DNA of 25,029 bases from an uncultured Candidatus Saccharibacteria bacterium (GCA_964531535.1 CAZHDU010000003.1:2177-27205), one strand, 5' to 3'. Counted from the first letter of the stretch, positions 6,768-15,332 are shown. Translations and numbers: made by a program. The notes: generated by a model from the letters alone, not told the origin.

Positions 6768-8678
6768 ATGAAAAACCAAACAAACAAAGCACAGGGCACA
6801 ATCTCCATATCTGCAAAAGGGACTGGATACGTAGCCGTAGGTACCGATAAAAATAAAGGCCAGGATCCAGAAGTGGACTATAAACACCTCCACACGGCTC
6901 TCCACGGCGATACCGTCGAGATATTACTCCATCCCAAGGGCCCGGGCCGACAGACCGCCGAAGTCACCAAGATAATCGAACGCGCCAAGATGCGTTTTTC
7001 TGGCGTACTAGAAATCGAGAATGGCATATATTTCCTCAAGCCCGATGACTCGAAAATGTACACCGACATTTTAGTCCACAACGATTCTTTAAATGGAGCC
7101 GAAGCTGGGCAAAAAGTTTTTGTCGAGATTACTTCTTGGAAAGATCCAAAGAAAGCGCCGATTGGTGAAGTCATCAAAATATTTGGCCGTCCCGGAGAAA
7201 ACAATGTCGAGATGCACGCCATCGCCATGGAAAAAGGCTTTGCGGCCGAGCTCCCAGAAAAAGTCGAAGCTGAAGCTCTGGAAATTAAATCCCAAGGTAT
7301 CCAAGAAAAAGATTTTGCCGGCCGAAGAGATTTCAGAAAGACCCTCACCTTCACCATCGACCCCGCCGACGCCAAAGATTTCGACGACGCAATATCGTTT
7401 CTCGAAGTTTCTCCCGACACTTTTGAAGTTGGGATCCATATCGCCGATGTCTCTCACTATGTCAAAATCGGTAGCGAGCTAGATCGCGAAGCGCGCGAAC
7501 GTGGAACTTCGGTCTACCTCGTCGACCGGACTATCCCCATGCTCCCAGAAATTCTATCCAATGATTTGTGTTCCCTAGTGCCAAACCAAGACCGCCTGAC
7601 TATGAGCGCGGTGTTTGTCCTAAACAAAAATGGAGAAATCCAAAGCGAATGGTATGGGCGGACAATCATACACTCTCAAAAACTATTCACCTATGAAGAA
7701 GCGCAAGTCTAAATCAAAAAAGCCGGAGCGCCACTCCACCGAGAATTAGATATTTTAAATAACATCGCCAAAAAACTTCACAAGGCCAGATTTGCCAATG
7801 GCGCCATCTCGCTCGAACAAACCGAAGTAAAATTTGTACTCGATAAAGACGGCGTGCCGATCAAGGTCATCACCAAAGAACGCGGGGATTCCAACAAGCT
7901 CATCGAAGAATTCATGTTGCTGGCCAACCGTCACGTCTCAAAAACTATTTCCGGAAAAAATATCGTCTCGATTTATCGGGTCCACGATTTACCAAGTCGA
8001 GAAAAGATGACTGATCTCGCTTTCTTCTTGCGCAGTCTTGGCCATAAAGTCTCTCTCGTGGACGGTCTCATCCCTACCCACGAATTAAACAAACTCTTGG
8101 AAAAACTCGCTGGTAAACCCGAAGCCGACACAGTTCAGCGCGCCGTAATTCGCTCCATGTCGAAAGCCATTTATTCTACAAAAAATATTGGCCACTATGG
8201 TCTAGCTTTCGATTATTACACCCATTTCACTTCACCAATTCGTCGCTACCCAGACATCATCGTCCATCGTCTCTTGGCTGATTTCTTAAACAAAAAGAAA
8301 GTGGAATTGAGTAAAGCCGGAATCTATGAGGACATGTCTCGTAAAGCTTCTGAACAAGAAAAACGCGCTTCTGATGCTGAACGCTCTTCTATTAAATACA
8401 AACAAGTCGAATATATGTCGAAACGATTGGGTAAATCTTTCTCTGGTGTAGTCAGCGGCATCACCGAATGGGGCATGTATATCGAAGAACTCGAGACCAA
8501 GTGTGAAGGCATGGTTCGACTACGAGACATGGGCGATGATTATTATGTCTTCAACGAAAAGAAACTCGAACTCCTCGGTCAAAAGAAAAAGAAACGCTAC
8601 CGCCTCGGTGACCAAGTAAAAATTAAAGTCAAAAATGTAGACCTAGAAAAGAAATCCATCGATTACTCCCTGGTATGA
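6768..8678 (+). pseudogene. rnr: Ribonuclease R (RNB family) interrupted by one in-frame TAA at 7710-7712
   Basis: The 5' ORF has a cold-shock OB region and TFTIDPADAKDFDDA, IHIADVSHYV, SVYLVDRTIPMLP. The same frame continues after the stop (IKKAGAPLHREL...GAISLE...SNKLIEEFMLLAN...GHYGL...YTHFTSPIRRYPD, then S1 domain). Confidence 0.9.
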
Positions 8679-10573
8679 GCCAACAAAGAAGTGCAAAAAT
8701 AAAATTATTGCTCGGGAGCTTGGTTATTTTGTCACCAGTTTTCATCTATGCGATACTCCTAGGACCAAAGCCCAACCAGACCGATTTTAAAAGTGGTGAA
8801 GTAATCACCGCGAGCGCAGAGACGGCTCTACCTAAATATGCCTATTTCAATCGAGACTTTAAAAATAATCTAAAAGTCTCAGCCGATGCCTACCTGGTCG
8901 GTGATTTAAATACTGGCGAAATCATCCTCTCCCAAAATGCTAAAGACGTCTACCCTATCGCCTCGGTTTCCAAACTCATGACCGCCCTCATCTCGACCGA
9001 AATCACCAACCCAAACGACATAGCCAAGGCGAGCGCGGAAGCCCTGAAAACTTATGGCACCAACGGAAATTTTAAGAATGGTGAAAAAATAAAAACCGAT
9101 GAACTCTTGTATCCACTCCTCCTCGAGTCGAGCAACGACGCCGCAGAAATTTTGGCTGAACATTTTGATCGTGCCTCTTTCATCCGCAAGATGAACCAAG
9201 AAGCCGAAAAGCTAAACATGGAAAAAACTTCCTATGAAGACCCGAGTGGTCTCTCGCCCCACAATACTTCGACTCCACTTGACCTCTTCAAACTCGCCGG
9301 CTACTTGGTAAAAGAAAAAACTGATTTATTAAAAATCACCACAAAGAGAAATTTTGCAAACAAATCTCACAACTGGTCTAGCACCAATCAATTTTTGCGC
9401 GAGCCGGGATATATCGGTGGCAAGAGTGGCTACACTGACAAAGCCCTAGAGACCGTCATCTCCATGTTTTCCCTACCGCTCGGCGAGAACACCGAGCTCC
9501 TTGTGGCCATCGTCCTCCTCAAAAGTAAAGACCGCTACCAAGATGTAAAAAATATCTTGAACTATTTAAAGAAAAATGTTTACTATGGTGGCAAAGAAGA
9601 TGCAAATACCGATTGGGTCCGGGCCAAGACCGATATGCCCGATATTCGCGACCCAGATTTTATCACCATGAATTTTGCCGGAGACATTATGCTCGATCGT
9701 GGAGTAGAAAACTCAGTCATCAAAAATTTCAACAATGACTTTGGCGCCCTTTTTGAAAACCTAGAAATATTAAAAAAGGCTGACATTAGTTTTGCCAACC
9801 TCGAGGGCCCCGTCTCTGATCTTGGTCGCGACCGACACAACTTATATTCTTTCCGGATGAATCCGACTGTCATCCCGACTCTGGCTGGAGCTGGTTTTGA
9901 TATCGTCTCGGTGGCCAACAACCACGTCGGCGATTGGGGCCGAGATGCCTATGCCGACACCCTGTCTCGACTTCAAGAAAATGAAATCCTCTACACTGGT
10001 GGCGGAGTGAGCGCCAAGTCTGCCGAAGAACCGACAGTCATCGAAAAATATGGAATCAAAATTGGCTTCTTGGGATTTTCTGATGTCGGTCCAGATTGGA
10101 TGAAGGCCACCGACGAAATACCTGGATCAGAAGCTCAAGCAGGCTTGCCCGCCCAGGCAGGATTGTTGCTAGCCAGCAACCCACGCTTTGACGATATTGT
10201 AAGGAACGCTTCACAAAAAGTAGATTACCTGGTGGTCTCATTTCATTTTGGTGATGAATATAAACTCGTCCACAACGCTCGACAAGAATTACTAGCTCAC
10301 AAAGCCATCGATGCTGGGGCCAAGATTGTCATCGGCCACCATCCACACGTCGCGGAAGATACCGAAATTTACAAAGATGGATTCATAGCCTACTCGCTCG
10401 GGAATTTTATTTTCGACCAAGGCTTTTCGCAAAATACCATGCAAGGCATGCTCCTCCAAATCAAACTCGGCCGAGATGGTAGCATGACCACACAAAAAAA
10501 TATAGTTAAATTAAATAGTGTCTTCCAGCCCGAGAAAGTAATCGAGGGCAAAGAGGAGAATGTGAAATTTTAG
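8675..10573 (+). CDS. D-Ala-D-Ala carboxypeptidase (peptidase S11) fused to a CapA/PGA_cap metallophosphatase-like domain
   Basis: N-terminal TM helix; SxxK (ASVSK), SxN (ESSND), KSG triad. Then FAGDIMLDRGV, NLEGP, ANNHVGDWG, HFGDEY, GHHPHV, YSLGNFIFDQ. ATG overlaps the rnr TGA. Confidence 0.9.
   Translation: MSQQRSAKIKLLLGSLVILSPVFIYAILLGPKPNQTDFKSGEVITASAETALPKYAYFNRDFKNNLKVSADAYLVGDLNTGEIILSQNAKDVYPIASVSKLMTALISTEITNPNDIAKASAEALKTYGTNGNFKNGEKIKTDELLYPLLLESSNDAAEILAEHFDRASFIRKMNQEAEKLNMEKTSYEDPSGLSPHNTSTPLDLFKLAGYLVKEKTDLLKITTKRNFANKSHNWSSTNQFLREPGYIGGKSGYTDKALETVISMFSLPLGENTELLVAIVLLKSKDRYQDVKNILNYLKKNVYYGGKEDANTDWVRAKTDMPDIRDPDFITMNFAGDIMLDRGVENSVIKNFNNDFGALFENLEILKKADISFANLEGPVSDLGRDRHNLYSFRMNPTVIPTLAGAGFDIVSVANNHVGDWGRDAYADTLSRLQENEILYTGGGVSAKSAEEPTVIEKYGIKIGFLGFSDVGPDWMKATDEIPGSEAQAGLPAQAGLLLASNPRFDDIVRNASQKVDYLVVSFHFGDEYKLVHNARQELLAHKAIDAGAKIVIGHHPHVAEDTEIYKDGFIAYSLGNFIFDQGFSQNTMQGMLLQIKLGRDGSMTTQKNIVKLNSVFQPEKVIEGKEENVKF
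10127..10162 (+). repeat. In-frame 36-bp palindrome-containing insertion in the CapA domain (SEAQAGLPAQAG)
   Basis: Contains the hairpin cttgcc-cgccca-ggcagg; GGAT is repeated at 10124-10127 and 10160-10163. Confidence 0.55.
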
Positions 10574-10575
10574 TG

Positions 10576-10610
10576 AAAAAAAAGTGGGAGGAAATTGATC
10601 CTGCCCACTT
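10576..10610 (-). terminator. Terminator between convergent genes
   Basis: aagtggg-agga...tcct-g-cccactt stem with an A8 run on the plus strand (T8 on the minus strand). Confidence 0.7.
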
Positions 10611-10667
10611 GTGCGTGAACGAAGCGATACTCTGACCCGTCCACACACAAGTGTGGCGACTACCGAC

Positions 10668-10895
10668 TTACCGACCCAGAGCTTTGTCAAGCTCACGGAG
10701 AGCCTCGTTGACCTGCTCCTCTGTGCCGGAAAGAGTGTAGCCAATTTCTTTACCCGGACCAGCCCCACCAGTGAAAGACAATACGACTCCGGATTTGAGT
10801 TTGATTCCCCCTTTCGAAATAGAGATTGCGAGGAGATCCTTCACGCTGAAAATTTTCAGAGCGTCTGACTCAGACAAATAACCCTTAGCTTCCAT
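10668..10895 (-). CDS. Small hypothetical protein (75 aa)
   Basis: AAAGGA Shine-Dalgarno-like site before ATG 10895 (MEAKGYLSESDALKIF...); terminator downstream. No recognisable family. Confidence 0.55.
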   Translation of the reverse strand: MEAKGYLSESDALKIFSVKDLLAISISKGGIKLKSGVVLSFTGGAGPGKEIGYTLSGTEEQVNEALRELDKALGR

Positions 10896-10965
10896 AGTTT
10901 TCCTTTCGGCAGTGCATCGAGGTGATATACCCAAGAACTTCTTTGTATTTATATATTATTTGCTT

Positions 10966-13104
10966 TTATTTCGCAATAGCTGCGGCTTCGTCTAGTTTGA
11001 CTGATAGCAATTTTGACGCTCCGTCGGCGCCTATGGTCACTCCATAGAGAACTCCAGCTCGAGACATGGTCTCGCGGTTGTGAGTGACCACGATGAGTTG
11101 AGAATGTTTAGAAAGTTTTTCGAGCATATCGCCATATTTGCGCGAGTTGGCTTCGTCGAGGGCCGCGTCGGTCTCATCCAAGACCAAAAATGGTGGTGGG
11201 TTTACTTGCGACATAGCAAACAATAGCGCGATAGAAGTAAGCGATCGCTCGCCACCAGATAGCGCTTGCAATTCTTTGACCTTTTTTTGTGGCAGAGACA
11301 CACTGATATCTACTCCCTGCTCAAACACGAACTCACTTGTCGAACCGTCCGGAGAAGTTTCTTCATCGAGGAGTTCGGCCTCGTCTTTGCGAACTCTTTT
11401 ATTTTCAGAAATGATCGAGAGATTTCCATGCCCACCACCGAAAACCAATTTGAAGAATTCGTTAAATTCGATATTGATTTTGCGAATTCCCTCTTTGAAT
11501 TCCACATCAATTTTTTCTTTCAAATCCACAATCAGCTTTTGCAGAGATTCTATACTCTTATTTAAATCTTCCAATTCTTTCGCCAAAAATTCATCACGCT
11601 CGGTGGCTTCTTTAAATTCTTTCAAGACTTCCGCGCCTCCGCCGAGCCCGGCATCTTCGAGTTTTATTTTAATTCGCTCAATCTTGCGCTTTTGGTCTTC
11701 CTTGGCGGTCAAATCAATCTCGCCTTCGACGACATGGTCGCGATAAGCCAAAATCTCTCGGCCAACCAGAGCCACTCCTTCCCGTAATTCATTTTCGAAA
11801 GCCTCAAATTCCCGACTCAAGTTTACTTCCTTGATATTGATAACTTCGAGCGCGCTCGCCAATTCTTGATGGCGAACCTTGAACGAAAATTTCTCTCGCT
11901 CCAAGTCTCGCAAAGCTTCCATGTGTTTATTCAATTCCTCTTTCAAGGCCTCCGCCGATTTGCCGAGAGCTATTTCTTCTTGTTCCAATCGGGCAATCTC
12001 GGCCATGGTGCTCGTCTGTGAATTCTTTAAGTCGACTAGTTCTTGCTCTTCTTGTTGTCGCTTTTCGATTTGCTCAGCGTGCATCTCTTGGATTTCGTTA
12101 CCACAAAGTGGGCAACGGCCAGAGATTTTGACTCGGTGTTCTTTGGCTTCGAGCATGCCTTCGATGCGCCCGATTTTACGTTCGAGTTCGTTCTTGAGTG
12201 ATCGAATTTCATTTATTTTTTTCTCCAAAGCTCGGAGCTCGTCTATCCTCCCGCCCGAAGCTCCCCCATTTTCATCTTTGATACCCTCTAGTTTTAGCGA
12301 GACTTCGTCGAGCTCGGTCATCAAGTTCTTCTTTTCAGAAAGTAATATTGCTTTTTCTTTTTCCAAATACACACTCTCGCGCTTGAGATATTCTTTGTAT
12401 AGAAGGGCGAGCTCGGCTTCCATCTCTTTAGCCTTTTCAAATTTTTCTACTTGTTTCCTTAAGAAATTTAAATGCGGAGCATTTTCTCGGCGCAACATCG
12501 AGACCTCTTTCATGTTTACAGTCGTCCGCTCGAGTTTGCGTTCGCTCTCTTTGATTTTATATTGATACACTTTGAGCCCGAGCGCATCTTCCACCATAGC
12601 CTTGCGCTCTTTCGGATTGGAGTTCAAAATTCTGTCCGCCTCACCCTGAGAAATAATCTGGTGACCAGAAGCCCCGATATTTACCGAAGCCAAAAGGTTA
12701 TGAATATCTTTCAAGCGAACCTCAGTGCCGTTTAAAATATAATTGTTGACCCCATCAGGATATACCTCACGCGAGATGCTGACTGTATCAAAATTCAAAT
12801 TAACTTCTTCCCCGACATCGTTGGTCAAGCGGAAAACTTTGTCTTTGTTATCGAAATAAATAGTCACCGCCGCCCGAGAACCAGCCGAGAGATTTTTAGA
12901 ACCTTTGAATATCAAATCCGAGCCAGACTTTCCGCGCATAGATTTGATAGATTGCTCGCCGAGCACATAGCGCAAAGCTTCGACGACGTTTGATTTACCG
13001 GAACCATTCGGCCCGACGATAGAGACAATCGGCGTATTAAACTCTAAAACGCTTTTCTGAGAAAAGGATTTGAAGCCATTTAATTCTAGGGTCTTGAGCC
13101 GCAT
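10966..13104 (-). CDS. smc: Short SMC-family chromosome segregation ATPase, lacking a recognisable hinge and carrying a central CPLC motif
   Basis: GFKSF, GPNGSGKSN (Walker A), ISQG (Q-loop), LSGGE signature, LDETDAALD, VVTH. Follows rnc. Only 712 aa. Confidence 0.9.
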   Translation of the reverse strand: MRLKTLELNGFKSFSQKSVLEFNTPIVSIVGPNGSGKSNVVEALRYVLGEQSIKSMRGKSGSDLIFKGSKNLSAGSRAAVTIYFDNKDKVFRLTNDVGEEVNLNFDTVSISREVYPDGVNNYILNGTEVRLKDIHNLLASVNIGASGHQIISQGEADRILNSNPKERKAMVEDALGLKVYQYKIKESERKLERTTVNMKEVSMLRRENAPHLNFLRKQVEKFEKAKEMEAELALLYKEYLKRESVYLEKEKAILLSEKKNLMTELDEVSLKLEGIKDENGGASGGRIDELRALEKKINEIRSLKNELERKIGRIEGMLEAKEHRVKISGRCPLCGNEIQEMHAEQIEKRQQEEQELVDLKNSQTSTMAEIARLEQEEIALGKSAEALKEELNKHMEALRDLEREKFSFKVRHQELASALEVINIKEVNLSREFEAFENELREGVALVGREILAYRDHVVEGEIDLTAKEDQKRKIERIKIKLEDAGLGGGAEVLKEFKEATERDEFLAKELEDLNKSIESLQKLIVDLKEKIDVEFKEGIRKINIEFNEFFKLVFGGGHGNLSIISENKRVRKDEAELLDEETSPDGSTSEFVFEQGVDISVSLPQKKVKELQALSGGERSLTSIALLFAMSQVNPPPFLVLDETDAALDEANSRKYGDMLEKLSKHSQLIVVTHNRETMSRAGVLYGVTIGADGASKLLSVKLDEAAAIAK

Positions 13105-13125
13105 TGCCTATATTCTACCACAGAT

Positions 13126-13821
13126 TTAATCCAACCAATTCTTGAGTTTGAGGGCGGCTTCGGCGGCCTTTTGTTCAGCCTCTTGTTTACTCTTGCCCTT
13201 ACCTTCGGCAATCAAGTTTTTAGCAAAATATATACCGACGGTAAAATGTTTATCGTGATCTGGGCCGGCTTCAGAGAGTACTTTATAAGCTGGAGTAACC
13301 CCGACAAATTCTTGGGCTTTTTCTTGTACCAAAGATTTCGCATCGCGCCACAATTTTTTATTGACGATTTCATCAGTCTTCGGAAGCAATGTCTTCTCGA
13401 TGAATTTCTCGACGACATCATAGCCTTGGTCGAGATACAGCGCGCCGACGTAGGCTTCGTAGGTATTGGCCAAGATATATTGTCTAGCCTTGCCCTTGTC
13501 TTTAGTTTCTCCTTTCGACAACAACAAGTAATCATTCATGCCAGTATCTTCGGCAATCGAAGAGATGATGACCGCGTTTACCAAAGCACTGCGGACCGAG
13601 GTCAATTCCCCTTCGGCATATTTTGGAAATTTCTTATACAAAAAATCAGTGACGATGAGCTCGAGCACAGCATCGCCCAAAAACTCCAAGCGCTCATTGT
13701 GAGCGAGGCCTTGGCTAGGATTTTCGTTGATATATGAACGGTGAATAAAAGCTTGCTTCAGCAAATTTTTATCTTTAAAAATTATTTTTGTCTTTTTTTC
13801 AAATTCTGCAAAATTTATCAT
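13126..13821 (-). CDS. rnc: Ribonuclease III
   Basis: AFIHRSY, NERLEFLGDAVL signature, ANTYEAYVGALYLD, C-terminal dsRBD (GKGKSKQEAEQKAA). Confidence 0.97.
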   Translation of the reverse strand: MINFAEFEKKTKIIFKDKNLLKQAFIHRSYINENPSQGLAHNERLEFLGDAVLELIVTDFLYKKFPKYAEGELTSVRSALVNAVIISSIAEDTGMNDYLLLSKGETKDKGKARQYILANTYEAYVGALYLDQGYDVVEKFIEKTLLPKTDEIVNKKLWRDAKSLVQEKAQEFVGVTPAYKVLSEAGPDHDKHFTVGIYFAKNLIAEGKGKSKQEAEQKAAEAALKLKNWLD

Positions 13822-13826
13822 ACTTG

Positions 13827-13843
13827 CCCCGCTTTGGCGGTGG
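13827..13843. repeat. Short CCGCC-AAAG-CGG-type palindrome between nusB and rnc
   Basis: Minus strand ccaccgccaaagcgggg; resembles the element inside pheT (ccccgccaaggacggg). Confidence 0.4.
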
Positions 13844-14803
13844 TTATTTTTTACTAATTATTTCAATGGCCTTGGTGATGAGCGGGATAATATCATTATA
13901 GATTCGGAGCTCAGGAATTTCCGCAAGCTCAAACCATCTCGCTCCATCGAGCCCACCAGATTTTTCTAGAACCAATTCTTGATATTCACTCTGCGCCAAA
14001 AAGTATACTACCCGTTTTAATATTTTTCCTTTCTCTGGATGAGCAGCCACATATTCATTTTCTCCGAGCTTTTCTTCGATTTCAATATCTAGCCCGATTT
14101 CTTCTTTGATTTCTCGCATGGTCGCAGTGGCTTCATCTTCGCCGTCTTCAAAACCACCCTTGGACAAAGTCCAATAACCAAACACGTCGTGGACTAGGGC
14201 AAAATACGTCTTGCCATCCGCTTTAGCATAGACTAGAGCTCCACCCTTTTTTTCAACTGGTAATTTGGATATGTCGATTGGCTCTTTGCCATCGCCTTTT
14301 TTCTTGCTGACTTGTTCTTTGCCCGGTTCGCCGATTTCTTTATAAACCGCGCCCAAGACACCATTTACGAATTTACCAGAATTTTCACCGCCAAAAGTCT
14401 TGGCTAGTTCGATGGCTTCGTTGATGGCCACCTTTGGAGGGACTTCGTTGCGATCGCCAAACAAAAGCTCGGTGAGGCCGATACGCAAGATATTTCGGTC
14501 AATGATAGAGATCTTGTCGATTGGCCAATCTGGGGCCGCTTTTTCTATAATCTCGTCGATGGAAGCTCGATTGCGCAAAACTTTTTCAGTCAACAAAAAC
14601 ACAAAGTGATCGTCTTCGAGACCAGGAGCGAATTCTTTTAGATTTCTTTTTAAAATTTCCTTAATTTTTTCTTCAGGAAATTCTTTAGTTTTAGTTTCTG
14701 GTTGAGTATTTTCGCCACCAGCCACAGACTCACCTACAGGAGAAAAATCCCATTCAAAAAGAGTTTGTAAGACTATTGATCTAGAAAGGTGCCTGTTGGC
14801 CAT
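13844..14803 (-). CDS. nusB: Transcription antitermination factor NusB fused to a C-terminal Nudix hydrolase domain
   Basis: [49 protein letters not shown]; then [28 protein letters not shown] (Nudix box). Confidence 0.92.
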   Translation of the reverse strand: MANRHLSRSIVLQTLFEWDFSPVGESVAGGENTQPETKTKEFPEEKIKEILKRNLKEFAPGLEDDHFVFLLTEKVLRNRASIDEIIEKAAPDWPIDKISIIDRNILRIGLTELLFGDRNEVPPKVAINEAIELAKTFGGENSGKFVNGVLGAVYKEIGEPGKEQVSKKKGDGKEPIDISKLPVEKKGGALVYAKADGKTYFALVHDVFGYWTLSKGGFEDGEDEATATMREIKEEIGLDIEIEEKLGENEYVAAHPEKGKILKRVVYFLAQSEYQELVLEKSGGLDGARWFELAEIPELRIYNDIIPLITKAIEIISKK

Positions 14804-14881
14804 AGTTTATAAAGTTATCAAGTTTTTAAAGTTTATAAAGTTAAATTAAAATGCACTTTGCACTTTATAACTTTCTACTTT
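14804..14881. repeat. AAAGTT/AACTTT short-unit repeat tract forming an imperfect inverted repeat
   Basis: agtttataaagtt at 14804-14816 and 14830-14842; tandem gcacttt at 14853-14866, followed by ataactttctacttt. Confidence 0.6.
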
Positions 14882-14885
14882 AGAA

Positions 14886-15110
14886 CTAGCTCTTAGCTTG
14901 AGCTGCCTTCGCCTTCTTCTGCTTCTTTTCAGCCTTTTTAACCAAATCTAAAACCTTTTTACCGCGGTAAAATCCACATTGACCACAGACAGTGTGGCGC
15001 TTCTTTAGAGCCTGACAGTTTTCACACTTGGCAAAGCTGGTTTCAGCTAGCGCGTGGTGTGAGCGTCTGTTCTTTGTATGCGATTTTGTATGTCTCATTC
15101 GTACTACCAT
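14886..15110 (-). CDS. rpmF: 50S ribosomal protein L32 (bL32)
   Basis: RHTKSHTKNRRSH...CENC...RHTVCGQCGFYRGK, with a Lys-rich tail. Confidence 0.95.
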   Translation of the reverse strand: MVVRMRHTKSHTKNRRSHHALAETSFAKCENCQALKKRHTVCGQCGFYRGKKVLDLVKKAEKKQKKAKAAQAKS

Positions 15111-15153
15111 AATGTGACTATCTTAACATAATCTAAACAAAAAGCAAACAGTA

Positions 15154-15182
15154 TTGTCTTTTCTAGAGGCCCGTGATACCAT
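15154..15182 (+). promoter_or_regulatory. Promoter for the thrS leader
   Basis: TTGTCT (15154-15159), 17 bp including TG, TACCAT (15177-15182). Confidence 0.65.
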
Positions 15183-15188
15183 AAATAC

Positions 15189-15332
15189 TGTAGAGATTGT
15201 TATGGCTACCAACCATAATCCCCGATAAGGGACCAAAAGCTAATCTACAAATAATGAGTAAAAAGTTGGGTGGAACCGCGAACTAGACTCGCCCCGACAG
15301 AAATGAGCAATCATTTTTGTCGGGGCGATTTT
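15189..15332 (+). ncRNA. T-box riboswitch leader (tRNA-Thr sensing, transcriptional type)
   Basis: T-box GGG-TGGAACC-GCG (15268-15280) pairs with CGC-CCC (15290-15295) as the antiterminator. The alternative 18-bp terminator spans 15289-15328 plus a T tract. ACC (Thr) triplets at 15208 and 15232. Upstream of thrS. Confidence 0.85.

Noticed and set aside
7710-7712. Stop-codon reassignment or readthrough explaining the rnr TAA
   Set aside because: TAA terminates many genes here (thrS, khpA, pheS, pheT). TGA also acts as a stop (rnr, 8676-8678) and is absent in-frame from conserved genes, so neither code 25 nor ochre recoding is supported.
10511-10868. ORFs 10511-10768 (-) and 10611-10868 (+)
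   Set aside because: They lack good starts, cross the terminator or the convergent gene end, and overlap the SD-led ORF 10668-10895.
11326-11356. ggttcgacaagtgagttcg in smc as another palindromic element
   Set aside because: It resembles TTCGACAAGCTCA-type repeats only partly and forms no clean hairpin. It lies in a naturally variable acidic loop, so it cannot be supported without an alignment.
14886-15110. Zinc-binding bL32 with a Lys-rich tail
   Set aside because: An ordinary Cys-containing bL32 variant; not unusual.
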